Assembly: GCF_029024305.1 (NCBI RefSeq)
Contig: NZ_CP118974.1
Span: 1,611,069 to 1,643,068 of the forward strand
DNA: 32,000 nucleotides
Source: Mammaliicoccus vitulinus
Lineage (GTDB): Bacteria > Bacillota > Bacilli > Staphylococcales > Staphylococcaceae
Direction: 5' to 3'
The translations under genes and the position numbers were made by a program. Positions 1-11,068 of the stretch are shown one piece after another. Every line of letters starts with the position of its first letter. The stretch's first letter is position 1. The notes under the pieces are model-generated. The model did no database searches, had not been told where the DNA came from, and saw only the letters and a list, made by a program, of their open reading frames with translations.

Positions 1-2717
1 GCTCTAATTGTTCAATTTCTTTTTGAATCAATTTATACTTATCTTGTTGATCCATCATTTTAGTTTCTATTTCATGCTTATAAACAGTGGACTGTTGAAT
101 TTGATTTTCTACTTTTTCAAACTGTCCGCTACCCGTATATTCATCAGAATTAATCAATTCTATTTGATCTTTAATTTTCGTTAAAGTATGTTCATATTCT
201 TTTAAATCTTCTTTCAGCCTTCTTTTATCTTGCTCTTTCAAGCGATTTCGTTCTTTTTCAACTGCAAGATTTGAACGCTTTTCATTCAATTCGTTCTGGA
301 TTGTCTTTTCACTATCTTTATTGTTAGATAACGAAGCATTTAATTGATTGATTTCTTCATCAATTGTTTCAAGGTCATTCTTAATTGTGACAAGTTTATT
401 TTTCTTTTCTTGTAATGTTTCTTGACCTTTCACGTAATTATATCCATCATTTTTCTCAAATTCAAAAGTCTCGTTCTCATCTTTCAGACGCTTTTCTTTA
501 GCTAATACAGCATCTAGTTGTAAAGTTACTTCATGTTCTCTAGCTCTCAGTTCTGTACCTCTTTCTTGTGTTTTTGAAAGAGATTCTTCCAACTGTTGAA
601 CTTCTGCTTTTAATGATTTTACTTTTGATTCAACTTGAGTCGTTTGTTGCATGAAGTTTTGATATTTATCTTCAGTGGTTTTAAGCTCATCCTTTTGAGA
701 TAACAAACTTGCTTTCTTTTCTTTACCGCCACCAGTCATAGCTCCGCCTGGCGTAATAACATCTCCTTCAAGCGTAACAATTCTATGCTTAAATTGAATG
801 GCTCTTGCAATTTCATTTGCTGTTTCTAAATCTTCAGCAATGATTGTGCTACCAAGTAAATGTTCTATTATATTTCGGTATTTAGGATCAAATTGAACAC
901 TTTCTGAAGCAATAGAAACAAAACCGCGACTGCTACTAATTTGATCGACAATATTTTGAGGCACAAAACGTTTTTTCACAACATTCATTGGTAAAAATGT
1001 TGCTCTACCTAACTTTTTATCTTTTAAATATTTTATAGCTAATCGCGCGTCTTTTTCTTCTTGAACGATAATATGTTGAAGTGAAGCACCTAACGCAATT
1101 TCGATTGCTGTCGTCAGCTTTGATGGTGTATCAATAATTTCTGCTACAGCACCTTCTACACCTTTTAAAGATTTTTCTTTTAAGACATGCTTAACGCCAG
1201 AATAAAAACCAGAGTATTCATCTTGCATACTTTTTAATGTATTAATACGCGTCTTCATTTGTTCTGTATATCGATAGGCTTGATACAGTTTTGACTCATT
1301 ATCTTTATACTCTAACTCTTTATTTTTCAGTAATGTCTGATCTAATTTATACTTTTCAGTCGTACTTTTAAGTTCAGTTTCTACCTCATTCAATCTTTGA
1401 GTATATGTCTCTTTTTCGTCCCAAACTTTTTGAAGTGCATCGTAAACTTCTTTTTGGCGACCATCTAATCTTGATTGTTTTTCTTGATATGATGCTAATT
1501 TATCTTCTAAAAATCGAATATCGTTATTGATATCAGATTGCTCTGTCATCAGTTGATAATAACGATCTTTAAGTTGCTCAATTCGTTCTTCAAATGTTCC
1601 TTCTTGGTTTGTAAGAAGTGCTTCCATTTGATTAATTTCTTGAACCATTGTTTGATAATTATTTTTAAAAGTAGCTAATTCTTTATCGATTTCTTGAATT
1701 TGTTCAGAAATCTTATTAATTCTTAATTGTGAAGCTTGTTTTTCTTCTTCAAGTCTTTCGTTTGTTGCATCACTATTTTTTTGACGTTCTTTTAAGACTT
1801 CAAGTTGACCAGTATAACGTTCTAGAGACTCAGTTGCTTCGACTAATGACTTATTAGATTCTTGAATTTGATAAGAAACATTGTCTCTCGACTTTTTCTT
1901 TTCGCGTAATTCAAAAGTCATAGCATCTAGTTCATTTGTTTTTTGATCTTTTTGATTTTGAAAATGCTCTATATCTTTCTCTAATTGTTTAAAATCTTCA
2001 TTTAAACTTTCAATATCATATACAGTTACCGTAATATCACTTTTTTTCATTTCTTCTTTCAAAGCAATATATTCTTCAGCAATCGCAGCTTCTTCTCTTA
2101 AAGGTTCCACTCGCGCTTCTAAATCAAACACAATATCTTCGACACGATTTAAATTTTGTTCAGTTTGTTCCAATTTATGTGTCGCTTCTTTTTTACGCTT
2201 TTTATATTTTAATACACCAGCAGCTTCTTCTATTAAATACCTTCTATCACTCGGTTTAGCATTTAATACTTCATCAACTTTACCTTGCGAGATGATACTA
2301 AATGCTTCTTTACCCAAACCTGAATCTAAAAATAAATCAAGGACGGACTTTAGACGTGTACGTTCGTTATTCAAATAGTACTCACTATCACCATTTCTAT
2401 AAAGTCTGCGTTCAACAGTGATCGTATCTTCATCTATATTTAATTTTCTAGAATGATTATCTAGTGTTAACTTAACTTCTGCATATTGACATTTCTTGCG
2501 TTCTTTAGATCCATTGAATATAACATCTTCCATCTTTGAACCACGTAAACTTTTAGCAGATTGTTCACCTAGAACCCATTTAATAGCGTCCGTAATGTTA
2601 CTTTTACCACTGCCATTCGGGCCAACAATAGCTGTTACACCATTATCAAAATCTACATGTGTATGTTCAGCAAAAGATTTAAACCCATATGCATCTATTG
2701 ATTTTAAATAAACCATA
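1..2717 (-). CDS. smc: Chromosome segregation ATPase SMC, N-terminal part; the C-terminus runs off the left window edge
   Basis: The reverse strand from ATG at 2717 reads MVYLKSIDAYGFKSFAEHTHV...VTAIVGPNGSGKSNITDAIKWVLGEQ (Walker A), followed by long coiled coil. It lies directly downstream of rnc. It is missing from the ORF track because it is open at the window edge. Confidence 0.96.
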
Positions 2718-2726
2718 AACTACCCC

Positions 2727-3446
2727 TTATTGACCTTTATTCAGCGCTTTTTTAGCAGCATTTTGCTCAGATTCTTTTTTCGTTCTACCTTGTCCATTTT
2801 CTAAAGGATCACCATTCAATAGAACTTGTGACGTGAACAACTTATGGTGAGCAGGACCACTTTCATCTAACAAATGATACGTTATAGTACCTTTATTGCG
2901 ACGATGCATAAACTCTTGTAATTCCGTTTTATAGTCACGATTAGCAGTATAACTGTCATCTATCACATTAGGATATACAACTTTATTCAAAAATACTTCA
3001 ACAGTATCAAGGCCTTTATCTAAATACAATGCACCTACAAATGATTCAAATGCATCAGCGATTAAAGAAGGTCTTTCACGTCCACCTGTTTTTTCTTCGC
3101 CTTTACCTAATAAAAGTAACTCGTTCATATTTAAACTCATTGCAAATGTTACAAGTGATGGTTCACATACAATTGATGCGCGCAGTTTAGTGAGCTTACC
3201 TTCTGGAAGTAATGGAAATTTCTTATACAAAAACTGTGACACCGTCAATTCTAACACCGCATCTCCTAAAAACTCTAAACGCTCATTGTGACTTAGTTTA
3301 TCAAGTTTAAAATCATTAATAAAACTAGAATGCGAGAACGCCTGGACATATATATCATAATTTTCAAATTCGATATCGACTTCATTCATGAATTCATTGA
3401 ATTTGGCTTTAAACTGGGTTATTATCTGTGATTTATTATTAAACAT
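2727..3446 (-). CDS. rnc: Ribonuclease III
   Basis: [15 protein letters not shown] signature and a C-terminal dsRNA-binding domain. The track start at 3464 reads through the Shine-Dalgarno (TTAAGGAGGAAAGGCATG), so ATG at 3446 (MFNNKSQ...) is the likelier start. Confidence 0.95.
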   Translation of the reverse strand: MFNNKSQIITQFKAKFNEFMNEVDIEFENYDIYVQAFSHSSFINDFKLDKLSHNERLEFLGDAVLELTVSQFLYKKFPLLPEGKLTKLRASIVCEPSLVTFAMSLNMNELLLLGKGEEKTGGRERPSLIADAFESFVGALYLDKGLDTVEVFLNKVVYPNVIDDSYTANRDYKTELQEFMHRRNKGTITYHLLDESGPAHHKLFTSQVLLNGDPLENGQGRTKKESEQNAAKKALNKGQ

Positions 3447-3631
3447 GCCTTTCCTCCTTAACATTATGTTTCCTATCTATTTTACGTTATATTTCGTAAA
3501 AAAAAAAGAATATTATCATAAACAACAATAACAGTTTAGAATCTATGTACAAATTACAAATAAAGGAGAAAAACTAAACATATAACACATTATTTTTTTG
3601 AAATCGTCTTGCTTTAACGCTACCAAAACAA

Positions 3632-3658
3632 GAAAAAATGGCAGCTCTATGAGCTACC
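3632..3658 (-). terminator. Rho-independent terminator of the CHAP gene
   Basis: Minus strand GGTAGCTC-ATA-GAGCTGCC followed by ATTTTTT. 8-bp stem with one G-U pair. Confidence 0.8.
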
Positions 3659-3662
3659 AAAA

Positions 3663-4277
3663 TTAATTAGGTCTTATAAACCACATTTCTGTTTCGTAAT
3701 TATGTGTAATACGTTGTGCAACTTCAGTTTTATCCGTTCCACCACCGTACCAATTTTGATCTAAGCTTTGAAATTGCATGACGTTTCCATCAGCATTTCC
3801 ATTTAACACAATTGCAGTGTGTCCTGCACCCGAACCAAAATCTCCATTAAATACGACGATATCTCCAGGTTGTGCGACAAATGAAGGTGTGTTTTTATAA
3901 ACAGTTGCTTCACCACTAAAATTATTAGCCGTTGGAATATCTTTTGCATAATCGCCGTGTAAACCGTGACCATATAAATAATTCCAATAGTAGTTTACAA
4001 GGTCAAAACATTGCCACCCGTAATATCCATCGAAGTCCCAACCTTTACCTTCTAACGAATAGACATAACTCATCGCAGCTGTTGAAGTTTTGGCTACTTC
4101 CTTTTGGATATCACTTGATTTCTTATCGTAATTTCTATGATCAACCTCAACGTTCTGTATCTTAGGTGATTTGTCTTTAGATGTATCGTCTTCTTTAGCA
4201 TCCGCTTGCATGCTCAAATTAAGTACGGTCAAACTTGTAAATGCGACTGCTAATATTAATTTAGACTTAATTTTCAT
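3663..4277 (-). CDS. Secreted CHAP-domain protein, probable peptidoglycan hydrolase, phage-endolysin-like
   Basis: N-terminal signal peptide ([27 protein letters not shown]). CHAP motifs include [11 protein letters not shown] (catalytic Cys), [20 protein letters not shown] (catalytic His) and QNWYGGG...MWFIRPN. RBS AAGGGGGA sits upstream. Confidence 0.88.
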   Translation of the reverse strand: MKIKSKLILAVAFTSLTVLNLSMQADAKEDDTSKDKSPKIQNVEVDHRNYDKKSSDIQKEVAKTSTAAMSYVYSLEGKGWDFDGYYGWQCFDLVNYYWNYLYGHGLHGDYAKDIPTANNFSGEATVYKNTPSFVAQPGDIVVFNGDFGSGAGHTAIVLNGNADGNVMQFQSLDQNWYGGGTDKTEVAQRITHNYETEMWFIRPN

Positions 4278-4379
4278 ACATCCCCCTTATAATTATGTAT
4301 TTATATATTCTTGTTCAGAATATTAAAATATTTTATCATATATAAAGTATACTGAATAGGTTATAAAGATTAATTCTTG

Positions 4380-4396
4380 ATTACAAATAGATAACA
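4380..4396 (-). promoter_or_regulatory. Candidate WalR (YycF) binding site upstream of the CHAP gene
   Basis: Minus strand TGTTAT-CTATT-TGTAAT fits TGTWAH-N5-TGTWAH at every position. It is about 100 nt upstream of the start codon of a predicted cell-wall hydrolase. Confidence 0.6.
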
Positions 4397-4445
4397 TATA
4401 TATATCTTTTCTAAAGCGCTTATAAGATCCATTAAAACACAAAAC

Positions 4446-4478
4446 AAAAAGCCCGTAACCTATAGTTACGAGCTTTTT
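4446..4478 (-). terminator. Rho-independent terminator downstream of acpP
   Basis: AAAAAGCCCGTAAC...GTTACGAGCTTTTT, 14-bp stem with one mismatch, just after the acpP stop. Confidence 0.85.
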
Positions 4479-4487
4479 AAATCAGAA

Positions 4488-4721
4488 TTATTTATCTAAT
4501 GATTCAATATATTTAACAGCGTCACCAACTGTGTTGATTTTTTCTGCTTCCTCATCAGGGATTTCCATATCAAATTCATCTTCTAATTCCATTACTAATT
4601 CAGCGATATCTAAAGAATCAGCACCTAAATCATCTTTAAATGAAGCTTCAGGCGTTACTTTTTCAGCGTCTACACCTAAACGATCTACAATAATATCTTT
4701 AACTTTATCGAAACTTGCCAT
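4488..4721 (-). CDS. acpP: Acyl carrier protein
   Basis: [15 protein letters not shown]...[23 protein letters not shown] with the DSL phosphopantetheine site. The likely start is MASFDK (4721), not the upstream Met at 4730. Confidence 0.96.
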   Translation of the reverse strand: MASFDKVKDIIVDRLGVDAEKVTPEASFKDDLGADSLDIAELVMELEDEFDMEIPDEEAEKINTVGDAVKYIESLDK

Positions 4722-4808
4722 TCCATTCACCTCCTTTAAATAATTGTATTATCTATATAATAAGAAATGCAATTTCTCTTACTATCAATTATGCCTACAA
4801 CACAATTT

Positions 4809-5546
4809 TTATTGCATGTACATGCCACCATTAACATGTAATGTTTGACCAGTAATATAACTTGCTTTATCACTAGCAAGGAAAGCTACTGTATGTGCAA
4901 TATCATCATCTTCTCCAAATCTACCTAATGGAATTTGTGTTTTCATTTGTTCTTTCAATTCATCAGATAGTTGATCTGTCATATCAGAAACAATAAATCC
5001 TGGTGCGACTGCGTTACAAGTTATTCCTCTTGATGCTAACTCTCTCGCGAAAGTTTTTGTCATACCTTCTACTCCAGCTTTAGTAGCAACATAGTTTACT
5101 TGACCAGGATTACCTAAAGCACCTACTACACTAGAAAGATTGATAATGCGGCCTGATTTTTGTTTTAACATTGGTCTTGTAACGGCTTGAACACAATTGA
5201 ATACACCTTTTAGGTTAGTATTAATGACATCATCCCACTCATCTTGTTTCATTCTCATTAATAGATTATCTCTTGTAACACCTGCATTGTTTACAAGTAC
5301 ATCAATTGTTCCATATTGACTTGTCGTTTCTTTAATCATAGCTTTTACTTCATCAATTTCACTAACATTGGCTTGAATAGCAAAAGCATCTACGCCAAAT
5401 TCTTTTATTTCAGCAACGACTTGTTCAGCTTTTTCTTTGTTTCCTGCATAGTTTACAACTACGTTATAGCCTTCTTTACCAAGTTCTAATGCGATTTTTC
5501 TACCTATACCTCTAGAAGCTCCTGTGACGATTGCTGTTTTTGTCAT
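4809..5546 (-). CDS. fabG: 3-oxoacyl-[ACP] reductase
   Basis: TGASRGIG and NNAG motifs, YVATKAG catalytic region, full-length SDR fold. Confidence 0.96.
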   Translation of the reverse strand: MTKTAIVTGASRGIGRKIALELGKEGYNVVVNYAGNKEKAEQVVAEIKEFGVDAFAIQANVSEIDEVKAMIKETTSQYGTIDVLVNNAGVTRDNLLMRMKQDEWDDVINTNLKGVFNCVQAVTRPMLKQKSGRIINLSSVVGALGNPGQVNYVATKAGVEGMTKTFARELASRGITCNAVAPGFIVSDMTDQLSDELKEQMKTQIPLGRFGEDDDIAHTVAFLASDKASYITGQTLHVNGGMYMQ

Positions 5547-6466
5547 TATTCATTCCATCCTTTAATATCATCAATTGTTTGAATTGATGTTATTTTAACA
5601 TCTCGGCTAATCTTTTTAACTAAACCAGATAAAACTTTATTAGGACCTACTTCAACAAAATGATCTACACCTTGCTCTATTAAATACTCAATAGATTGAC
5701 TGAATTCAACAGGTGAGAACAATTGTTTTACCATATTTTCTTTAATGATGCGATGATCTGTTTCAGGTTTAGCGTAAACATTTTGTACGATTGGATGTTC
5801 CGCATCTTTCCATTCAAATTGATTAATGTAATTTTCGAAATCTTCGGCAATTGTTTTCATCATTGATGAATGGAATGGACCAGAAACTTTTAATGGCATG
5901 ACACGTTTAGCACCTAATGATTTACCTTCTGCAGCTAATTTGTCTATTAATTCTGAATGTCCAGAAACGACAATTTGACCAGGACAATTAATATTAGCTG
6001 GTTCAATCAATTTATCTTCGGTAGATAATTGATCACAGATAGATTTTACTTCATCGATGTTTAAGCCTAGAACTGCAGCCATAGAACCTACACCTTGTGG
6101 AAAAGCTTCAGACATTAACGTACCACGTTTATGTACGATTTGAACAGCGTCTTCAAATTTTAATACACCTTCTGATACTAAAGCTGAATACTCTCCTAAA
6201 CTATGTCCTAAAGCAAAGTCATAATTTAAATTTTCAAGTGCGTTCATAAGTGCTGAACTATGCGTCAATAAAGCGGGTTGTGTATATTCAGTTAATCCTA
6301 AAACGCCTTCTGAATCTTCAAACATTATTTCAAGTAAATCAAATGATAAAGATTCATTAGCTCTATCTAAAATTGATGTTGACTTAATTTCATGCTGATA
6401 CAAGTCCTGAGCCATACCTACTTTTTGAGAACCTTGACCAGGAAACATAATGGCAACTTTACTCAT
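5546..6466 (-). CDS. fabD: Malonyl-CoA:ACP transacylase
   Basis: MFPGQGSQ and [10 protein letters not shown] motifs. Start [12 protein letters not shown] at 6466; the track GTG start at 6475 lies in the SD region (TAGGTG). The stop overlaps fabG. Confidence 0.95.
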   Translation of the reverse strand: MSKVAIMFPGQGSQKVGMAQDLYQHEIKSTSILDRANESLSFDLLEIMFEDSEGVLGLTEYTQPALLTHSSALMNALENLNYDFALGHSLGEYSALVSEGVLKFEDAVQIVHKRGTLMSEAFPQGVGSMAAVLGLNIDEVKSICDQLSTEDKLIEPANINCPGQIVVSGHSELIDKLAAEGKSLGAKRVMPLKVSGPFHSSMMKTIAEDFENYINQFEWKDAEHPIVQNVYAKPETDHRIIKENMVKQLFSPVEFSQSIEYLIEQGVDHFVEVGPNKVLSGLVKKISRDVKITSIQTIDDIKGWNE

Positions 6467-7445
6467 TAATTTCACCTACTGCTTTCTTCATTTTATCTAC
6501 TAGTTTAGTGTCTGCAGCTAGTTTAGCTTGTTTAATTGCGTTGTAAAATGCGCGTTCATTTGATGAACCATGAGCTTTTACTACGACACCATTTAATCCT
6601 AAAAGAACAGAACCACCGTATTCAGCAGAGTCCATTTTATTATTGATTTGCTTAAGATCTTTTTTCAAAGTAAGTGCAGCTAGTTTATTTTTTGGTGAAG
6701 CAGTCATTGCTTCTTTTAACATTTTGAATATACCAGTTGCTGTACCTTCGATTGTTTTTAATACCATGTTACCGTTATATCCATCAGACACAACTACATC
6801 ACAAGTATCTAACAGTAAAGATTTTGCTTCAATATTACCAATAAAATTATCGAATTTTTCTTCTTTTAATAATTCATACGTCTTTTTAGTTAAAGCATTA
6901 CCTTTCGATTCTTCAGTTCCTATATTTAATAATGCAAGTGAAGGCTTTTCGATACTTCTAATTTGTTTAGCGTATATCTCACCCATCTTTGCATATTGAA
7001 CAAGGTGTTCTGGCTTAGCATCAGAGTTTGCACCGATATCTAAAAACACAAATCCTTTACCTGTTACAGTAGGGAATGTAGCAACTAATGCTGGTCTTTC
7101 AATGCCTTTCATTCTACCTACAATAAATAAACCACTACTCATTAATGCGCCTGTGTTTCCAGCTGATACACATGCTTCAGCAGTGCCTTCTTTAACGGCA
7201 TTTGCCATTAGCACCATAGATGCGTTTTTCTTTTTCTTAATAGACCTAACAGGCTCATCATCCATTGTTATGACTTCATCAGTATGATGGAAAATAACGC
7301 GCTCATGTTGGTAATTATATTGTTTTTCATCACCATACAACAATATTTCTAAATCCGGAAAATCATTAATTGCTTTCTTAATTGCTTCTATTACGATACC
7401 TGGTGCTTCGTCTCCACCCATCATATCTATCGCAATTTTAACCAT
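6459..7445 (-). CDS. plsX: Phosphate acyltransferase PlsX
   Basis: [16 protein letters not shown]... start at 7445; the track N-extension MESQFSKD... overlaps fapR. GTEESKG and [13 protein letters not shown]-type motifs are present ([14 protein letters not shown]). Confidence 0.95.
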   Translation of the reverse strand: MVKIAIDMMGGDEAPGIVIEAIKKAINDFPDLEILLYGDEKQYNYQHERVIFHHTDEVITMDDEPVRSIKKKKNASMVLMANAVKEGTAEACVSAGNTGALMSSGLFIVGRMKGIERPALVATFPTVTGKGFVFLDIGANSDAKPEHLVQYAKMGEIYAKQIRSIEKPSLALLNIGTEESKGNALTKKTYELLKEEKFDNFIGNIEAKSLLLDTCDVVVSDGYNGNMVLKTIEGTATGIFKMLKEAMTASPKNKLAALTLKKDLKQINNKMDSAEYGGSVLLGLNGVVVKAHGSSNERAFYNAIKQAKLAADTKLVDKMKKAVGEINE

Positions 7446-8022
7446 TATTTTCACCCTCGTCCGAATAATACATTTCAAATTGTCCTTGGAAAACTGGCTC
7501 TCCATGAACAGTACTTGTTACTTCCACTTTAGCTATATGCTTAGATTTACTTTTAACAGTAGCTTTAGCTATAACTCTTTCGTTCAAAATTACAGATTTT
7601 TTGAATTGCACATTACTCTTAGTAGTTAATGCTAATTCGTCATTTATTAATGCTACGCATAATGAATTAGCTTGGGCAAATAAATAGTGACCTCTTGCTA
7701 TCCCATTGCGTGTAAACACATGTTCTTCTTTAATATCTAAAATTGATATAGCTGATTTATCTAACTCAATATCAATAATTTCCCCTATGACATCTTCAAT
7801 GGGTAATGATTTAATTTCATCATGATTTTGTGTTGCTACGTCTTTAATACGGCGTCTTAATTCAGGAATACCTAGCTCCATTCTATCTAGTCTAATAGTT
7901 TGGATGCTTACTTTAAAATATTCACTTAAAGTTTCGTCAGTTATGAAAGGCTCTGCTTTCAAACGATTTGTTAATTCCCTCTGGCGATCTGTTTTTGATA
8001 ATTTCATTTCATCCATATCCAT
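7438..8022 (-). CDS. fapR: Fatty acid biosynthesis transcriptional repressor FapR
   Basis: [21 protein letters not shown]-like HTH ([25 protein letters not shown]) plus a hotdog effector domain. The position directly before plsX is conserved. The start may be internal (MKLSKTDRQ, 8007). Confidence 0.94.
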   Translation of the reverse strand: MDMDEMKLSKTDRQRELTNRLKAEPFITDETLSEYFKVSIQTIRLDRMELGIPELRRRIKDVATQNHDEIKSLPIEDVIGEIIDIELDKSAISILDIKEEHVFTRNGIARGHYLFAQANSLCVALINDELALTTKSNVQFKKSVILNERVIAKATVKSKSKHIAKVEVTSTVHGEPVFQGQFEMYYSDEGENNG

Positions 8023-8046
8023 TCTATTATGTACTTATAGCTAAAA

Positions 8047-8063
8047 TTAGCACCTGCTATCAT
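8047..8063. promoter_or_regulatory. Candidate FapR operator upstream of fapR
   Basis: TTAGCACCTGCTATCAT shares 11 of 17 positions with the TTAGTACCAGATACTAA-type FapR box and lies about 25 nt upstream of the fapR start. Confidence 0.4.
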
Positions 8064-8122
8064 GACCTACCTTATTTATACTAACACGGGTATAACACTA
8101 TACTCAACAATTAATACAATAA

Positions 8123-8153
8123 AAAAGAGTGAAATTTACTTTTTCACTCTTTT
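8123..8153 (-). terminator. Terminator after the sortase gene, upstream of fapR
   Basis: AAAAGAGTGAA...TTCACTCTTTT, 11-bp stem with U/A tracts, potentially bidirectional. Confidence 0.8.
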
Positions 8154-8161
8154 AATGTAAT

Positions 8162-8782
8162 TTATGATGTTTTTACCTCTACAGCAGTATATATCATGCG
8201 CTCTTCAAACAATAACGTTTCAGGGTTATAAGTATCACAAGTAATTAAGGTTAATTGATTAGGCTGGCCCTTATGTTCATTTAACACTTCAACTTGATTA
8301 GGCTTAACATTTTTAATGTTTTTAATTTTGTAAGTTTTAGTACCTTTAATTGTTATGAGCTTTACATCGTCGCCTACTTTAGCTCTATCCAAGTTATTAA
8401 ACCGTATACCAGCACCCTCAACGCGATGACCTGCAATTGCAACATTTTGCTCATTAAGTTGTTCATTTTCATCAACTAATGACAAGCCGTTTTTCAAGTT
8501 TTGCTCAGTTGCTGGCCCTTTGAATATAGGCTCTGATATGTCAGCAGATGGGACTTTTAAATAGCCTACCATATTATCATTAATTTTAAGTTGATCAGTT
8601 TCAGTCTTTGTAATCCATGATTCAACAGGATTGACTTCGACTTTATTATTTTGATTTTCATAAGATTGAATCACTTTATCGTTAACACGTTCCGTAAAGT
8701 AAGTTCTTATATCATTCCAAAAAAATATTGAAATAGCCGCAACGATGAGTATAATTCCGATAATCTTTAAAAACCATCTCAT
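8162..8782 (-). CDS. Class A sortase (SrtA-like)
   Basis: N-terminal transmembrane anchor. VPSADISEPIFKGPAT, DENEQLNEQNVAIAGHR (catalytic His), QLTLITCDTYN (catalytic Cys) and FEERMIYTAVEV (catalytic Arg) align throughout with S. aureus SrtA. Confidence 0.92.
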   Translation of the reverse strand: MRWFLKIIGIILIVAAISIFFWNDIRTYFTERVNDKVIQSYENQNNKVEVNPVESWITKTETDQLKINDNMVGYLKVPSADISEPIFKGPATEQNLKNGLSLVDENEQLNEQNVAIAGHRVEGAGIRFNNLDRAKVGDDVKLITIKGTKTYKIKNIKNVKPNQVEVLNEHKGQPNQLTLITCDTYNPETLLFEERMIYTAVEVKTS

Positions 8783-8815
8783 GTATCTTACCTACTCTCA
8801 AATTATGGTAATTCA

Positions 8816-8844
8816 AATTTATACAATCAATCTATTGATGTCAA
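8816..8844 (-). promoter_or_regulatory. Promoter-like sequence for the sortase gene
   Basis: Minus strand TTGACA (8839-8844), overlapping the recG stop, then TAAATT at a 17-nt spacer or TATAAA at a 15-nt spacer. Confidence 0.45.
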
Positions 8845-10880
8845 TCAAAATTTTGTTCTTCCATCGATTCTTGTACAAGCATTCTTAATTTATCATATTG
8901 CGGTTTAAAAAACTCACCAGACTGCACTAATTCACTCGCTTCATCTCGAGCAACTTCTAGCATACGATAATCTTCAACGATATTGGCAACTCTAAAATCT
9001 GGCAACCCACTTTGCTTCACACCGAAGAAATCACCAGGACCTCTCATTTCTAAGTCTCTTTCTGATAAATAAAACCCATCCGTTGATTCAGTCATAATGT
9101 GCATGCGTTCTACGCCGCTTTCTGTTTTCGGAGATGCAACTAAAGTACAATAACTTTGATGATGACTACGACCGACTCTCCCTCTTAATTGATGAAGTGT
9201 AGATAAACCAAATCGATCTGCATCATATATAACCATAAATGTTGCGTTAGGGACGTTAACGCCTACTTCAACAACTGTTGTAGATACAAGTATCGCAATT
9301 TCATTGTTGCTAAAACGTTTCATAATGTCATCTTTTTCATCTGCATGCATCTTCCCATGCACGAGGCCCACTTTTTCCGAACCAAATCTTAATTGTAATT
9401 GTTCATATATGGCTACGACATTTTGTACGTCTAACGCTTCACTTTCCTCAATCAATGGGCAAATGACATAAGCTTGTCGGCCTTTTACAATTTCACTATT
9501 AAGTTTGTTTAATACATTATCAATTTCATCGTGTTTAGCCCAAGATGTCATAATTTCTTTACGACCTTTAGGCATTTGCTTGATCGAAGTTACGTCCATT
9601 TCTCCAAATGCGGAAATAGATAATGTTCTTGGAATAGGTGTTGCAGTCATAAACAACACGTTCGTATCGGCACCTTTTTCTCGTAATTTTTTTCGTTGAT
9701 TAACACCGAAACGATGTTGTTCGTCTATAATAACTAAACCTATATTTTGGAAGGCAACATCATCTTGTATTAAAGCATGTGTGCCAACGATAATATCAAT
9801 TTCTCCCGCTTCTAATTGCTCTAATAGTATTTTCCGTTTTTTACCTTTTACTGAACTGGTTAATAAAGCCACGTTCAACTTTCCACCGAATAATTCATCT
9901 AAACTGATAGCATGTTGTTCTGCAAGTATGGCTGTTGGAACCATTAACGCACTTTGTTTTCCTGCATTATACATAGCATATATCGCAATAGCTGCAACGA
10001 CTGTTTTACCTGAACCTACATCACCTTGTAATAATCGATGCATTTTTATAGGCGCTTTTAAATCTCTAAAAATTTCATTCACACTATTTTTTTGAGCATC
10101 TGTCAATTCAAATGGTAATGTATCAATAAAAGATTTGACGTCATTTACATCATATTTAAGTCCTTCGATTTTATTGGATTCTTTTTCTAATTTACTTAAC
10201 CACTTCATTTTCAATTGAAATAAAAATAATTCATTAAATGAAAATGTACGACGAGCTAGTTTTAAATGCTCAAACTTTACTGGTTTATGTAATATAGGAA
10301 TGACATCCTTCAAAGACATTAATTTATATTTTTGCATTAATTCTGGAGATAACCATTCATCTATATCGACTAGATTTAAGGATTGCTCGATATATTTATT
10401 GAGTTGTTTTTGCTTAAGCCCTTCTTTCAGCCTATAGATTGGCGTTAATGCGTTACCTCCGTCTTCTTTTTCAGCCATAACTTTTTGTCCTGTTATAACT
10501 TGTTTCTTCTGTTCCCATTTCCCTTTAACCGTCACTGTTTCACCCATCACAAGTCTTTTTTTCAAATACGGTTGGTTAAAAAAGGTTATTTTCACAGCTA
10601 TATTATCAATCATCATATGACATGTTAATTTAGACTTATTTCTACCGAAAAATGCAACAGTCGGACTAGAATATACTTCTCCAGTTACTGTTACAACATC
10701 ACCATCATTAGCCTCATTTAAATTGACAACGGATTCATCTTCATAACGAGTTGGTAAATACAATACAAGATCTTCTAATGTGTATATATTTAATTCGTTT
10801 AACAACTGAAGACTTTTAGGTCCAACACCTTTAAGCTCTTCCAACGTATGGTCTGTATAGATCAGATGTTGCTTTCTCAT
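8841..10880 (-). CDS. recG: ATP-dependent DNA helicase RecG
   Basis: [30 protein letters not shown] and [17 protein letters not shown] motifs. ATG at 10880 has the AGGTG SD; the track start (GTG 10889) is inside the SD. Confidence 0.96.
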   Translation of the reverse strand: MRKQHLIYTDHTLEELKGVGPKSLQLLNELNIYTLEDLVLYLPTRYEDESVVNLNEANDGDVVTVTGEVYSSPTVAFFGRNKSKLTCHMMIDNIAVKITFFNQPYLKKRLVMGETVTVKGKWEQKKQVITGQKVMAEKEDGGNALTPIYRLKEGLKQKQLNKYIEQSLNLVDIDEWLSPELMQKYKLMSLKDVIPILHKPVKFEHLKLARRTFSFNELFLFQLKMKWLSKLEKESNKIEGLKYDVNDVKSFIDTLPFELTDAQKNSVNEIFRDLKAPIKMHRLLQGDVGSGKTVVAAIAIYAMYNAGKQSALMVPTAILAEQHAISLDELFGGKLNVALLTSSVKGKKRKILLEQLEAGEIDIIVGTHALIQDDVAFQNIGLVIIDEQHRFGVNQRKKLREKGADTNVLFMTATPIPRTLSISAFGEMDVTSIKQMPKGRKEIMTSWAKHDEIDNVLNKLNSEIVKGRQAYVICPLIEESEALDVQNVVAIYEQLQLRFGSEKVGLVHGKMHADEKDDIMKRFSNNEIAILVSTTVVEVGVNVPNATFMVIYDADRFGLSTLHQLRGRVGRSHHQSYCTLVASPKTESGVERMHIMTESTDGFYLSERDLEMRGPGDFFGVKQSGLPDFRVANIVEDYRMLEVARDEASELVQSGEFFKPQYDKLRMLVQESMEEQNFD

Positions 10881-10991
10881 TTTTATCACCTATATTAATT
10901 AATACTCTAATTATAGAACAAATATTTACGATAAACCAATTGAATCTATTAGATCACCATTTGCACTGTAAAAAAACGTTACAAAATTAAA

Positions 10992-11033
10992 GAGACAAAT
11001 CAGAAATGATGTTACACATTTCTGATTTGTCTC
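10992..11033. terminator. Hairpin between sdaAA and recG, probable (bidirectional) terminator
   Basis: Perfect 17-bp stem GAGACAAATCAGAAATG / CATTTCTGATTTGTCTC with an 8-nt loop. Confidence 0.7.
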
Positions 11034-11068
11034 AATATTTTTAAATGCTATTTATTTTTAAATACGTT

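Noticed and set aside
3932-4165. Plus-strand 77-aa ORF inside the CHAP gene
   Set aside because: Antisense to a well-supported CDS, with no recognisable domain or convincing RBS. Typical shadow ORF.
9781-10095. Plus-strand 104-aa ORF inside recG, and similar plus-strand ORFs antisense to smc, acpP, plsX, fakA, prkC, rsmB, def and priA
   Set aside because: All lie opposite strongly conserved genes, and their compositions look like reverse-complement artefacts of AT-rich coding sequence. None has supporting motifs.
10992-11033. The perfect 17-bp stem between sdaAA and recG as a transposon end or regulatory operator
   Set aside because: Its position just after the sdaAA stop, its hairpin geometry and the absence of any transposase or target-site duplication fit a terminator better.
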